A DNA stretch of 32,599 nt from a virus (lineage: Duplodnaviria; Caudoviricetes). Of this stretch, positions 1 to 7,014 are shown piece after piece. Under the pieces are notes generated by a model that was given only the letters and a program-made list of their open reading frames with translations, was not told the DNA's origin and searched no databases. How positions within the stretch are numbered: the stretch's first letter is position 1; the number at the start of each line of letters is the position of its first letter. The DNA lies in IMG/VR virus record IMGVR_UViG_3300009506_000151, positions 1 through 32,599 of that record; one strand, 5' to 3'. The translations under genes and the position numbers were made by a program.

Positions 1-165
1 ATGACTGATCTTGAGATAAGTCGGCCCGCCCTGCCGAAACGTCACGAGGCCAAGAACCTGCTTAAACATGTAATGCCGCTTCCGGCGAGCGCCCTGGAAG
101 TGGAACACCTTCAGCACATCGCCCACCATAATCTCGCGACCATTCTTGTCGTAGACATCGGCCAT
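1..165 (-). CDS. small phage protein, YopX-like N-terminus (runs off window)
   Basis: Not in ORF track. AGAGGAGG RBS, then ATG at 165: MADVYDKNGREIMVGDVLKVFHF... The DKNGxEIxxGD motif is typical of YopX-like phage proteins. Confidence 0.7.
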   Translation of the reverse strand, partial: MADVYDKNGREIMVGDVLKVFHFQGARRKRHYMFKQVLGLVTFRQGGPTYLKISH

Positions 166-180
166 GACTGCCCTCCTCTT

Positions 181-423
181 TTACGTTTCAACTGCCGCGA
201 CTTCTTCCTGCGATGCTTCCCGCCAGCCGATAGCCTCGTCCATCTCAATGTCATCCCGGTGGGCACCGATAGGACGCCAGCAATCATCAACGCCTTGGTC
301 GCGCAGCCAGCCACAATCAAGAAACTCTGCGATCACGTACCGGCCATCGCGCGAGCGCACCCATATTGGTTTGTTGCGCGGTGCCGTATCCATCGGCTCA
401 AGATGGGGAAGCATCAAATCCAT
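181..423 (-). CDS. DUF551-like small phage protein
   Basis: EPMDTAPRNKPIWV resembles the 'PIETAPKDG' motif. The ATG at 423 overlaps the upstream stop (TGATG). Confidence 0.65.
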   Translation of the reverse strand: MDLMLPHLEPMDTAPRNKPIWVRSRDGRYVIAEFLDCGWLRDQGVDDCWRPIGAHRDDIEMDEAIGWREASQEEVAAVET

Positions 424-578
424 CAGAGACATGTCTTGTTCCAATTGAAGTATGCGGCCTGACTGTTGCAAGACAGCACGCGAACAGAGCCGACAGCCTT
501 ACCGTCACGCGCAATCGTTACGACATACTCGTGCGGCTTGTCCGCCTGTTGGACGCGTTGAATGCTGTATTTGCTCAC
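423..578 (-). CDS. hypothetical protein (51 aa)
   Basis: AGGAG RBS, then GTG at 578: MSKYSIQRVQQADKPHEYVV... Confidence 0.6.
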   Translation of the reverse strand: MSKYSIQRVQQADKPHEYVVTIARDGKAVGSVRVLSCNSQAAYFNWNKTCL

Positions 579-589
579 AGATGACACTC

Positions 590-745
590 CTATTCTGCGT
601 TTGTCTTCGACCTGCGCGGGCAGCGTATCGTCGTGTACCTGCGCCACCACCCAGCGTAGATGTAGTCAAGCAACCGCTTCCGCGCAGGAATGCGCCTCAA
701 CTTCCTGGCCAGCTTCCGAGAGAGGCCTTTTCGCTTGAGCGTCAT
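590..745 (-). CDS. small basic hypothetical protein (51 aa)
   Basis: Not in ORF track. GGAGG RBS, ATG at 745: MTLKRKGLSRKLARKLRRIPARKRLLDYIYAGWWRRY...; TAG at 590-592. Confidence 0.6.
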   Translation of the reverse strand: MTLKRKGLSRKLARKLRRIPARKRLLDYIYAGWWRRYTTIRCPRRSKTNAE

Positions 746-755
746 GGCGCCTCCA

Positions 756-905
756 TCATTTCGTTTTCGTGGCCAGCGCGCGGATCACGGCAGCTACCTT
801 CTCCGCTTCTTTGCGCGTTAAATTGATGGGCAATTGCAGCCTGACCGTTACTTTCTCCCGCAAGGGAATAGATGTGATGCCGTCGTGCATCTGGACGTTT
901 GGCAT
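756..905 (-). CDS. hypothetical protein (49 aa)
   Basis: GAGGAG RBS, ATG at 905: MPNVQMHDGITSIPLREKVTVRLQLPINLTRKEAEKVAAVIRALA. Confidence 0.7.
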   Translation of the reverse strand: MPNVQMHDGITSIPLREKVTVRLQLPINLTRKEAEKVAAVIRALATKTK

Positions 906-915
906 AAGACACTCC

Positions 916-1110
916 TCATTTTGCTTTGGCGTAGCGCTTGGCCGCGCCAACAATCCATTCAGTCAGACACCACGCGGCCAATGGATCTTCGTCCGCCTTC
1001 CATCGCTCGTGACGTGGCGAGCCGTGTGTGCCGCGCACCACCTCCGTTCCCATTCCCAGGCGGGCGATTTGCTGCGCCTCGCGCCAGAGCTTCGCTTCAC
1101 GTGGCGACAC
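916..1110 (-). CDS. hypothetical protein (64 aa)
   Basis: GGAG RBS before the GTG start; fills the gap between two junction motifs. Confidence 0.6.
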   Translation of the reverse strand: MSPREAKLWREAQQIARLGMGTEVVRGTHGSPRHERWKADEDPLAAWCLTEWIVGAAKRYAKAK

Positions 1111-1122
1111 GATCAGGCTCCA

Positions 1123-1653
1123 TCATTTCGTTCGCGGGCGACCGTCAGGGACGCCCCTCGCACCGTACCGGCGAAAGCAGGTCGCCGGGCTCATTCCAAT
1201 CAGCTTCGCCGCCTCTTGGCGGGTGTGCGCCGCGTCGCGCCAGATGCGGATTGCCTCATCGCGGCTGATCTTGGCGCGCACTTTCCGATGCTTCGCCTTC
1301 TTACCATACCGCTGTGCATCCTCGCGCTTGTGGCCGCGTCGGCGCATGGCGTCGAAGATCATATCCGCCACGTCTTCCGCGTCGTCATCGCGCCGGTTTT
1401 TCAGCACTTCGACAATCACCGCGCGTCTGTCACGAACTGCCCTCATCCACTTCTCTAGCGCGATACGCTCGCCGGCCAATCGATCAAGCGAGTAGATGCA
1501 TAACTCGTCACCCTCGCGAAGCGATCTGACAGCGTCGGCAAGCTTCTCGTTTTGACCTTCCACATAGATGATCTCGACACCGTGAGCGTGAAGCGCAGCT
1601 TCCTGTTCATCGCGAGTGCACCAACTGCTAGATCGAATATAGCCCCGTCTCAT
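1123..1653 (-). CDS. small serine recombinase (resolvase/invertase family) with C-terminal HTH
   Basis: GYIRSS matches GYARVS and keeps the catalytic Ser. LREGDELCIYSLDRLA matches LRxGDxLVVxxLDRL. C-terminal HTH RQEAAKLIGMSPATCFR. Confidence 0.85.
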   Translation of the reverse strand: MRRGYIRSSSWCTRDEQEAALHAHGVEIIYVEGQNEKLADAVRSLREGDELCIYSLDRLAGERIALEKWMRAVRDRRAVIVEVLKNRRDDDAEDVADMIFDAMRRRGHKREDAQRYGKKAKHRKVRAKISRDEAIRIWRDAAHTRQEAAKLIGMSPATCFRRYGARGVPDGRPRTK

Positions 1654-1684
1654 ATCTGGTTCAACAGCTTCCGCAACATCGCCT

Positions 1685-1714
1685 CTTGAAACCGTTTCAA
1701 GCGGGCATTATGCT
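1685..1714 (+). promoter_or_regulatory. sigma70-like promoter overlapped by a perfect 8-1-8 palindromic operator
   Basis: TTGAAA(1686)-N17-TATGCT(1709); palindrome CTTGAAAC-C-GTTTCAAG at 1685-1701. Confidence 0.65.
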
Positions 1715-1799
1715 GTTGATACAGTTTGAGGCACGGAGTCACAAGCGGCGTTGTTTCCGCTATGCTTCGCTAGATCAGAACGAATGGAAGGCCCGCACC

Positions 1800-2153
1800 A
1801 TGGACGAAGAGATAGAGAGAAGAGCGCGCGCCTATGCTGGCAATGACTTCCGAGAACGCAGGAAGGTTGTCGTAAATCCAGTTTGCTGGTGTGGTAATGA
1901 AGAGATGCCGTTGGGCGAGTTTCTTGAGTTTATAGCGATGTCAGTGCCTGAAGAATACAAGGCATCCGCTCTCGTCTCCTATGAGAGTGGTGCTTATGAC
2001 GAGGGTGACACATTCAAGGTTACGTATGAGCGCATGGAAACAGATGAAGATGTTGCCACTCGCATCAACAACGCTCTGAACTACGCACAATCATCTCTGC
2101 ACAATGATCGTGCGTTGTACGAGCAGCTAAAGAAAAAATTTGATCACAAATGA
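1800..2153 (+). CDS. hypothetical protein (117 aa)
   Basis: ATG within the repeat; MDEEIERRARAY...; lower GC than the virion genes. Confidence 0.7.
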   Translation: MDEEIERRARAYAGNDFRERRKVVVNPVCWCGNEEMPLGEFLEFIAMSVPEEYKASALVSYESGAYDEGDTFKVTYERMETDEDVATRINNALNYAQSSLHNDRALYEQLKKKFDHK

Positions 2154-2176
2154 TTTGTCCAAAAGAGGCCAGCAGG

Positions 2177-2461
2177 ATGGATTGGAGAGCTGAGCAACCA
2201 GCGGGCGAGGGAGAGCCCTACGAAGTTCGCGCTTATCTGGACGACGGACGGCCAGGATACTATGTAGCTGACAACCTGCCCATCGAGAACGCGCGTTTGA
2301 TTGCCGCCGCACCTGATCTTTACGCTGCACTCGGAGCGGTGATGTCAGAATTCGGCCCTGGCACGATGAGCCACAAAGCGTTTATGGCCGCAACGATCGC
2401 ACTCGCGAAAGCTCGTGGTGAAACGGTCGAGCCGTTCGACGAATTTGACGACCATCTTTGA
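2177..2461 (+). CDS. hypothetical phage protein with NARLIAAAP motif
   Basis: ENARLIAAAPDLYAAL is a recurrent motif in small phage proteins; ATG within the repeat. Confidence 0.75.
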   Translation: MDWRAEQPAGEGEPYEVRAYLDDGRPGYYVADNLPIENARLIAAAPDLYAALGAVMSEFGPGTMSHKAFMAATIALAKARGETVEPFDEFDDHL

Positions 2462-2481
2462 AGCAAACGAGGGCCCGCACC

Positions 2482-2658
2482 ATGGATGGAATTAACGGAT
2501 TGTACGTCGGCCAACTGTCTCAGGATGAGCTGAGGTGGTTCGAAGAAGCGGTTTCGACGGGCCGTGCATGGAGAGATTATGATGGCCCACACGGCGCACT
2601 GGGATTGGCCAAGGTAAAGTTGGCTAAGTTCATGAGGCACAAGAATGGTGCCCCCTAA
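2482..2658 (+). CDS. hypothetical protein (58 aa)
   Basis: ATG within the repeat; MDGINGLYVGQLSQDELRWF... Confidence 0.65.
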   Translation: MDGINGLYVGQLSQDELRWFEEAVSTGRAWRDYDGPHGALGLAKVKLAKFMRHKNGAP

Positions 2659-2843
2659 GCAGCCTTATCCTCATCTCCATCTCTAGGTTGCGCTAGACCC
2701 TGGATGTGAGCCTTGAGAGCTTCAATCTCTGCCTTGGCCATGACAAGTTCAGCACGGGCCTGTGCGGCCTCGTTAAGTGCGTGATTGCGCTGCTCTTGAA
2801 GAGCGTCGAGAAGGGCTTGGCCATGCGATATCTGCCTATCCAT
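2655..2843 (-). CDS. small coiled-coil protein after tail fibre (possible chaperone)
   Basis: LDALQEQRNHALNEAAQARAELVMAKAEIEALK heptads; last gene of the leftward operon. Confidence 0.65.
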   Translation of the reverse strand: MDRQISHGQALLDALQEQRNHALNEAAQARAELVMAKAEIEALKAHIQGLAQPRDGDEDKAA

Positions 2844-2852
2844 GTTATGCAC

Positions 2853-4253
2853 TTATGCTGGCGTGACTGAAGCTGATCCGTCAGCAACATACCACGCAGA
2901 TGCGGCCGTTGTTCCTGACGCAACCATCAACCTGTTGTTCGTCGCGTCCCAGACGACTTTTCCAGGGCCCTTGCCGCTCGTATTGATCGCGTTTGCAATG
3001 TCGGCAATATTTGCGGCCGTCTTGCTATCGAGATGAACCGAGTCCCACTCCGTTCCGTTCTGGCCAAGCGATAGAAGCGCATCTGTGTAGGGACGCAATG
3101 CGCTGGTGCTCAGTAGCAATTTGTATGAGCCACCAGAAGCCATAAGAAGCTGATCGGCATTGTGGTTGTAGGCAACGGCGCCTCTATAGTTGGAATCGGT
3201 ATCGCCGAATACCAGCGCACCAGTAGACGTGTTGCCAGTTAGGATGGTAATGCCGCCAGTGGCATCTGAGTCGACAACGAAATCGTCGTAGCTCGTGTCT
3301 GCCGTCGTGCCGCTCGCTGTACCTGGCGTGATAACGGCGCCGGTCGACAGAAGATCCAGCTTCTTTGTTCCAGAAAGAGACCACGCGATTGTCGCAGTCG
3401 TCGGGAAGTACATCCCACTGGCAGAGTAGTTGGCGAAATTGGGAGCGCTTGCCGTACCACCATGAGATTTTAGACTGCCATTGTCGATGAATGTCCTAAA
3501 GCCTGTTGTAATGCTGTGGTCAGATGCTCCAAGATCCTGGTCCCCTGGTTGTACTCCATACGCATCCACATAAATGTACGTGCCATTGAGCTGCGTATAG
3601 GTTCCGCTGCCGGATGCAATAACCGCAAGCGCATCACAGACGTTATCGCTTCCCTGGTAGCAGGTAAACACGTTGCCGGCCATGTAGAAGCCTTCAAGCG
3701 TCGTGCTCGCAACCGTTGTTTCAAGCGTGATAATGCCGTCGCCAGACACAGGAATGACGCTCGGTGCGACGTACTTGTTGTCTGTGATGACGATCGAGCG
3801 CCAGTTCGTCTCGGCATTATGTGTAGGAGATCCAGACGTAATGCCGGAACTGCTCAGATACCCATCATTCGTGAGGCGGATACCTGCCGTGTCCATGTCG
3901 CAATGCGTGATGATGATCTCGCGAGGGTCGCGGAAGATAGCACCATAACGCATGTTAGTGGGTGAGCCGTCCGTCAGGGCCCAGTGAAAACCTGTAATTG
4001 TCACAGATCCGATATGGAAATCGAACGGGCCTGTCCACTCGGCATAACCACCGTCAACGACGATATCTCCGCAGTAGGCGCGGATCGGCGGGCCGGTGTA
4101 GAGAGATGTGGTCGGAAGACAGAGCCAACGGCAGTTGTGGCAGATCAGACCGTTATCATCGGTATATACGCCAGAGGCATCGTGAGACGGAGAGAAAATA
4201 CCAAATAGTTGTATATCTCGACGGGACCAATTGAATTGCCCTGGGCGTGCCAT
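2853..4253 (-). CDS. tail fibre/tailspike, C-terminal part
   Basis: Beta-rich and G/S/T-rich. C-terminus GKVVWDATNNRLMVASG...WYVADGSASVTPA resembles phage tailspike ends. Confidence 0.7.
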   Translation of the reverse strand: MARPGQFNWSRRDIQLFGIFSPSHDASGVYTDDNGLICHNCRWLCLPTTSLYTGPPIRAYCGDIVVDGGYAEWTGPFDFHIGSVTITGFHWALTDGSPTNMRYGAIFRDPREIIITHCDMDTAGIRLTNDGYLSSSGITSGSPTHNAETNWRSIVITDNKYVAPSVIPVSGDGIITLETTVASTTLEGFYMAGNVFTCYQGSDNVCDALAVIASGSGTYTQLNGTYIYVDAYGVQPGDQDLGASDHSITTGFRTFIDNGSLKSHGGTASAPNFANYSASGMYFPTTATIAWSLSGTKKLDLLSTGAVITPGTASGTTADTSYDDFVVDSDATGGITILTGNTSTGALVFGDTDSNYRGAVAYNHNADQLLMASGGSYKLLLSTSALRPYTDALLSLGQNGTEWDSVHLDSKTAANIADIANAINTSGKGPGKVVWDATNNRLMVASGTTAASAWYVADGSASVTPA

Positions 4254-5467
4254 AAGAAGCTCTCAAAACGCAGATCCTGGAATGCTGATTCTGAAACGAC
4301 TGATGTCGGGCAACCCATCGTCAGCATGAAGTTACCAGTATCGTCAGAGCCGAGCCACTTCAGACCACCATTTCTGATGACAACACCCTGGTTCTTGATG
4401 CTCGCCGGAGAGCTGGTGAAACCGTTGCTGCCGCAGATGAAGGAAAGCTTCGAACTGATGCCGATCAGCTTGCCTTCGAAATCAAGCTCCTTGTGCGAAT
4501 AATTCGTATCGAACAATCGTGTAATGGCAGCGGTAACCTCAGCACTTTGGTCAACGTCTGGATCGTCACTTGTCAGGAACTGAGATATTTTGAGGCCAAT
4601 GGCCATGTCCGTGTGATCACGTTTGAGCCAGTTGCCGGCATATGTCGATGTCGACGCGTTATCCGTGATTGCAACGATCTCATCGCCTATGCCGAATGAA
4701 ACGCTATCAACTGTGCCAGCAACAGACACGAGATAGGCATAGCCAGCCTGCGCCGATCCGCTTCCAGGGAACGTGCCAGCGCTTGCATCCCATGCCCCAT
4801 ATGTGAGTCCGTCCGCGACAGCTTGTGCCGCGTCCGCGGCGTCTGACGCCGTCGCGGCGCTCGAGGCCGCTGACGTCGCGCTTGCCGCCGCAGCCGTTGC
4901 ACTGGCTGCGGCGAGCGTCACAGAACTCCCGCCATAGTTTGTGTCGCCGTAGCTCTTGGTGACAGCGTCCGTGTCTCCGGTCGGGTCGGCAAGGTTGCGC
5001 AATATCTGGCTCTCAGCATCCCAATAGTCCGTGGCGCCGGACGAATTGAGCTGCATCACGTCGCCCGTGATGCCATCGTTGACCGATCCGCCGCCAGCTT
5101 CTTCCTGAGACGCCAGCACAATCCTATCAATGGCCCACTCTACAGAGTCAGCATCGAATGCGCCGACGTTCGTCAGGTTGACGCTTGCGCGGGTTTTGAC
5201 GGTCGCGCGTTGAATGCGCAGCGTCTCGCCAGTGGCGGGCGCCGTCAGCATCGTCAGCGTGCCGGTCGATGGCGCTCCGGCGTTGTCATCCGCGCCACCG
5301 GCAACCGTGTAATGGGTGGTCAGCGTTTTCGCCGTCTCGACACCATCGGAATCGATGATGGTCGCCACGATCTCGTCGTCATCGAAAAATTGCCAAGAAA
5401 TCGCAAAAGCGGTTGTTGCGCCGTTGCCCGAGTAGGACAACACGCTGTAAGACGTGCTGATTGTCAT
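4145..5467 (-). CDS. tail fibre, N-terminal part (T7 gp17-like attachment domain)
   Basis: YSGNGATTAFAISWQF...YTV...TLTMLTAPATGETLRIQR, then NLADPTGDTDAVTKSY and an Ala/Ser-rich stalk. Confidence 0.8.
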   Translation of the reverse strand: MTISTSYSVLSYSGNGATTAFAISWQFFDDDEIVATIIDSDGVETAKTLTTHYTVAGGADDNAGAPSTGTLTMLTAPATGETLRIQRATVKTRASVNLTNVGAFDADSVEWAIDRIVLASQEEAGGGSVNDGITGDVMQLNSSGATDYWDAESQILRNLADPTGDTDAVTKSYGDTNYGGSSVTLAAASATAAAASATSAASSAATASDAADAAQAVADGLTYGAWDASAGTFPGSGSAQAGYAYLVSVAGTVDSVSFGIGDEIVAITDNASTSTYAGNWLKRDHTDMAIGLKISQFLTSDDPDVDQSAEVTAAITRLFDTNYSHKELDFEGKLIGISSKLSFICGSNGFTSSPASIKNQGVVIRNGGLKWLGSDDTGNFMLTMGCPTSVVSESAFQDLRFESFLWHAQGNSIGPVEIYNYLVFSLRLTMPLAYIPMITV

Positions 5468-5479
5468 GATTGGTCCCGT

Positions 5480-5569
5480 CTAGGTCGGCCAGTAGAGCCA
5501 CATGAACATGCCGATCGCCGCAATGACGGCGACCCAGAACAGCCATGCCCAATGGCACATGTCCGTCAT
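5480..5569 (-). CDS. 29-aa single-TM peptide
   Basis: ATGA overlap with the upstream gene; MTDMCHWAWLFWVAVIAAIGMFMWLYWPT. Confidence 0.5.
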   Translation of the reverse strand: MTDMCHWAWLFWVAVIAAIGMFMWLYWPT

Positions 5570-5820
5570 GAGGTTGTGAGCAGGTGTGTCAGGATGTCTT
5601 TTGCGAGATGAGCGAGGCTTTTTCCGATCTCTGGGCTGTTGGCTGCTGTCGCCAATCCAGACCCCCAGAGCGTCACGACGATCCCCGCCCGCTTCGCCAG
5701 GTAGATGAAGTCCTCGAGCTTGGATATTCTCTTGTCGTGGTCGTCTAAGCGTTCGGACTGCCGCGCCGATATCGTGGTCAGAGAGCCAAGCCGCTCCCCG
5801 ATGTGAAGCTGACTGTCCAT
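5566..5820 (-). CDS. putative holin / XhlA-like membrane protein
   Basis: ERLDDHDKRISKLE coiled coil followed by a hydrophobic segment; lies in the lysis cassette. Confidence 0.5.
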   Translation of the reverse strand: MDSQLHIGERLGSLTTISARQSERLDDHDKRISKLEDFIYLAKRAGIVVTLWGSGLATAANSPEIGKSLAHLAKDILTHLLTTS

Positions 5821-6048
5821 TCATGAGGCTGCCCGGTTTTCCGTCTTATGACATCCCCAGACGACGCGTGACTTGTTCGAAGCCTCGATCTGTTCAGCTG
5901 TGCCTTGCGTAAGCTTGTCGTCCTTGGACACCGTTTGCCGGCGCCAGTCCTGACATAGCTGTTCAGCAGTCACGACACGCGTCCCGGCGCAGCCGTTCAG
6001 CAGCACCAGGCTGGCGAGCAGAAGCCCGCACTTCAGCAGCTTTCGCAT
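5821..6048 (-). CDS. o-spanin (Rz1-like lipoprotein)
   Basis: Signal peptide with lipobox LLNG-C; overlaps the 3' end of the i-spanin gene in another frame. Confidence 0.75.
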   Translation of the reverse strand: MRKLLKCGLLLASLVLLNGCAGTRVVTAEQLCQDWRRQTVSKDDKLTQGTAEQIEASNKSRVVWGCHKTENRAAS

Positions 6049-6217
6049 TTCTCTTTTTCCCGTCCTTCACGGAGCTTTCAACGAAACGCGAAACAGCTTT
6101 CTTTCCGACGAAATAGTTGTTGGCCTTCCAGGCGATCAGGAGCGCCATGGAGGCGGCAATAATCCGGCCCCACCAGTTCTGAGTGCCGAGCTTCCAGAGT
6201 GTGAGAAGGATGGTCAT
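5963..6217 (-). CDS. i-spanin (Rz-like)
   Basis: N-terminal TM helix, helical periplasmic part and C-terminal CRDC; follows the lysin gene. Confidence 0.7.
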   Translation of the reverse strand: MTILLTLWKLGTQNWWGRIIAASMALLIAWKANNYFVGKKAVSRFVESSVKDGKKRNAKAAEVRASARQPGAAERLRRDACRDC

Positions 6218-7014
6218 TTGCTGCCCCCGCTGGGCTCATACCGCCCTTCCTCGTAATCCTTCTCCGTGCGGTCCTGCATCCACTGGAAGACAAGGAATCC
6301 GACCACGCCGACCGCAGCGAGCACAAACAGCCCGTAGGAGGCCATGAAGCCATGCACGGTGTCAGTGATAGTCTTGACCTGCGTAACCGTCTCAGAGGCC
6401 GCCCCAAGCCCGCCAGCGCCAAGTCCCATCATGCCAGCGGCAGCCTTGGCCTTGCCGGCGACCTTGTGCTTCTCGCTCGTCTTCGCGAGGGCCTTCTTGG
6501 CTGGCGTCTCTGCCAGCGAATAGCTGAACGCCTCTCGGTGCGCCCAGAGCCATTGCTCATCACTCATGGGGTATTCGCGGCCGGCCTCGTGCCATGCCAT
6601 CGCCTTGGCAAAGCGGATCGCCCATTCTGGATTGCGCAGCTTGTCGTGCGTGATCATCTCGTCCGGTTGGATGCCGCCACGCTGCTGCAGCACAGAGAGA
6701 TAGGAAGCCACCGAGTTGCCGCCACTCCATTTCTGGATGGCTGCCGCGACCGTCATGTTGGTATAGATACGGTCCAGCAGATCGAAGAGCGCCGCGCCGC
6801 CTGAGATCGTATCCCAGAAGATCGCGATCTTGTTGCCTTGGCCGTCCTGCAAGTCCTTCTTGCCGAGTGCGTTGTATTTACGGCTCGACGGTCCAGGCCA
6901 CATGGCGCCAGGGTTGTTGTAGCGAATGGATGCCGGCCCCGGCTTGCCAAGGTTGCTTGGCCTGGCTTCAGCCATCAGATGCGCGGCCTGGTGCTCAAGT
7001 TCTTCGTCGTTCAT
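6214..7014 (-). CDS. putative endolysin (NNPG...HExG lysozyme-like family) with C-terminal hydrophobic helices
   Basis: Motifs IRYNNPGAM, TVAAAIQKWSGG and AMAWHEAG; C-terminal YGLFVLAAVGVVGFLVFQW; adjacent to the spanins. Confidence 0.7.
   Translation of the reverse strand: MNDEELEHQAAHLMAEARPSNLGKPGPASIRYNNPGAMWPGPSSRKYNALGKKDLQDGQGNKIAIFWDTISGGAALFDLLDRIYTNMTVAAAIQKWSGGNSVASYLSVLQQRGGIQPDEMITHDKLRNPEWAIRFAKAMAWHEAGREYPMSDEQWLWAHREAFSYSLAETPAKKALAKTSEKHKVAGKAKAAAGMMGLGAGGLGAASETVTQVKTITDTVHGFMASYGLFVLAAVGVVGFLVFQWMQDRTEKDYEEGRYEPSGGSK

Larger units (their letters stand above)
173..1133 (-). repeat. five 16-bp gene-junction motifs, AAACG-N7-GGAG
   Basis: Copies at 173-188, 587-602, 751-766, 912-927 and 1118-1133. 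The copies at 751 and 1118 share 15 identical bp. Confidence 0.7.
1790..2486 (+). repeat. three 15-bp start-associated repeats, GGCC(C/A)GCA(CC/GG)ATGGA
   Basis: 1790-1804 and 2472-2486 are identical; 2167-2181 matches 12/15. Each contains the ATG of an ORF. Confidence 0.8.

Noticed and set aside
173-2486. CRISPR array
   Set aside because: The repeats are only 15-16 bp and degenerate, are separated by 160-410 bp coding segments, and no cas genes are present.
2853-5467. Diversity-generating retroelement, as in BPP-1
   Set aside because: No reverse transcriptase and no TR/VR repeat pair seen in the window.
1123-5467. Gin/Cin-type invertible tail-fibre cassette
   Set aside because: No inverted alternative fibre C-terminus and no inverted repeats of about 26 bp found around the fibre gene.
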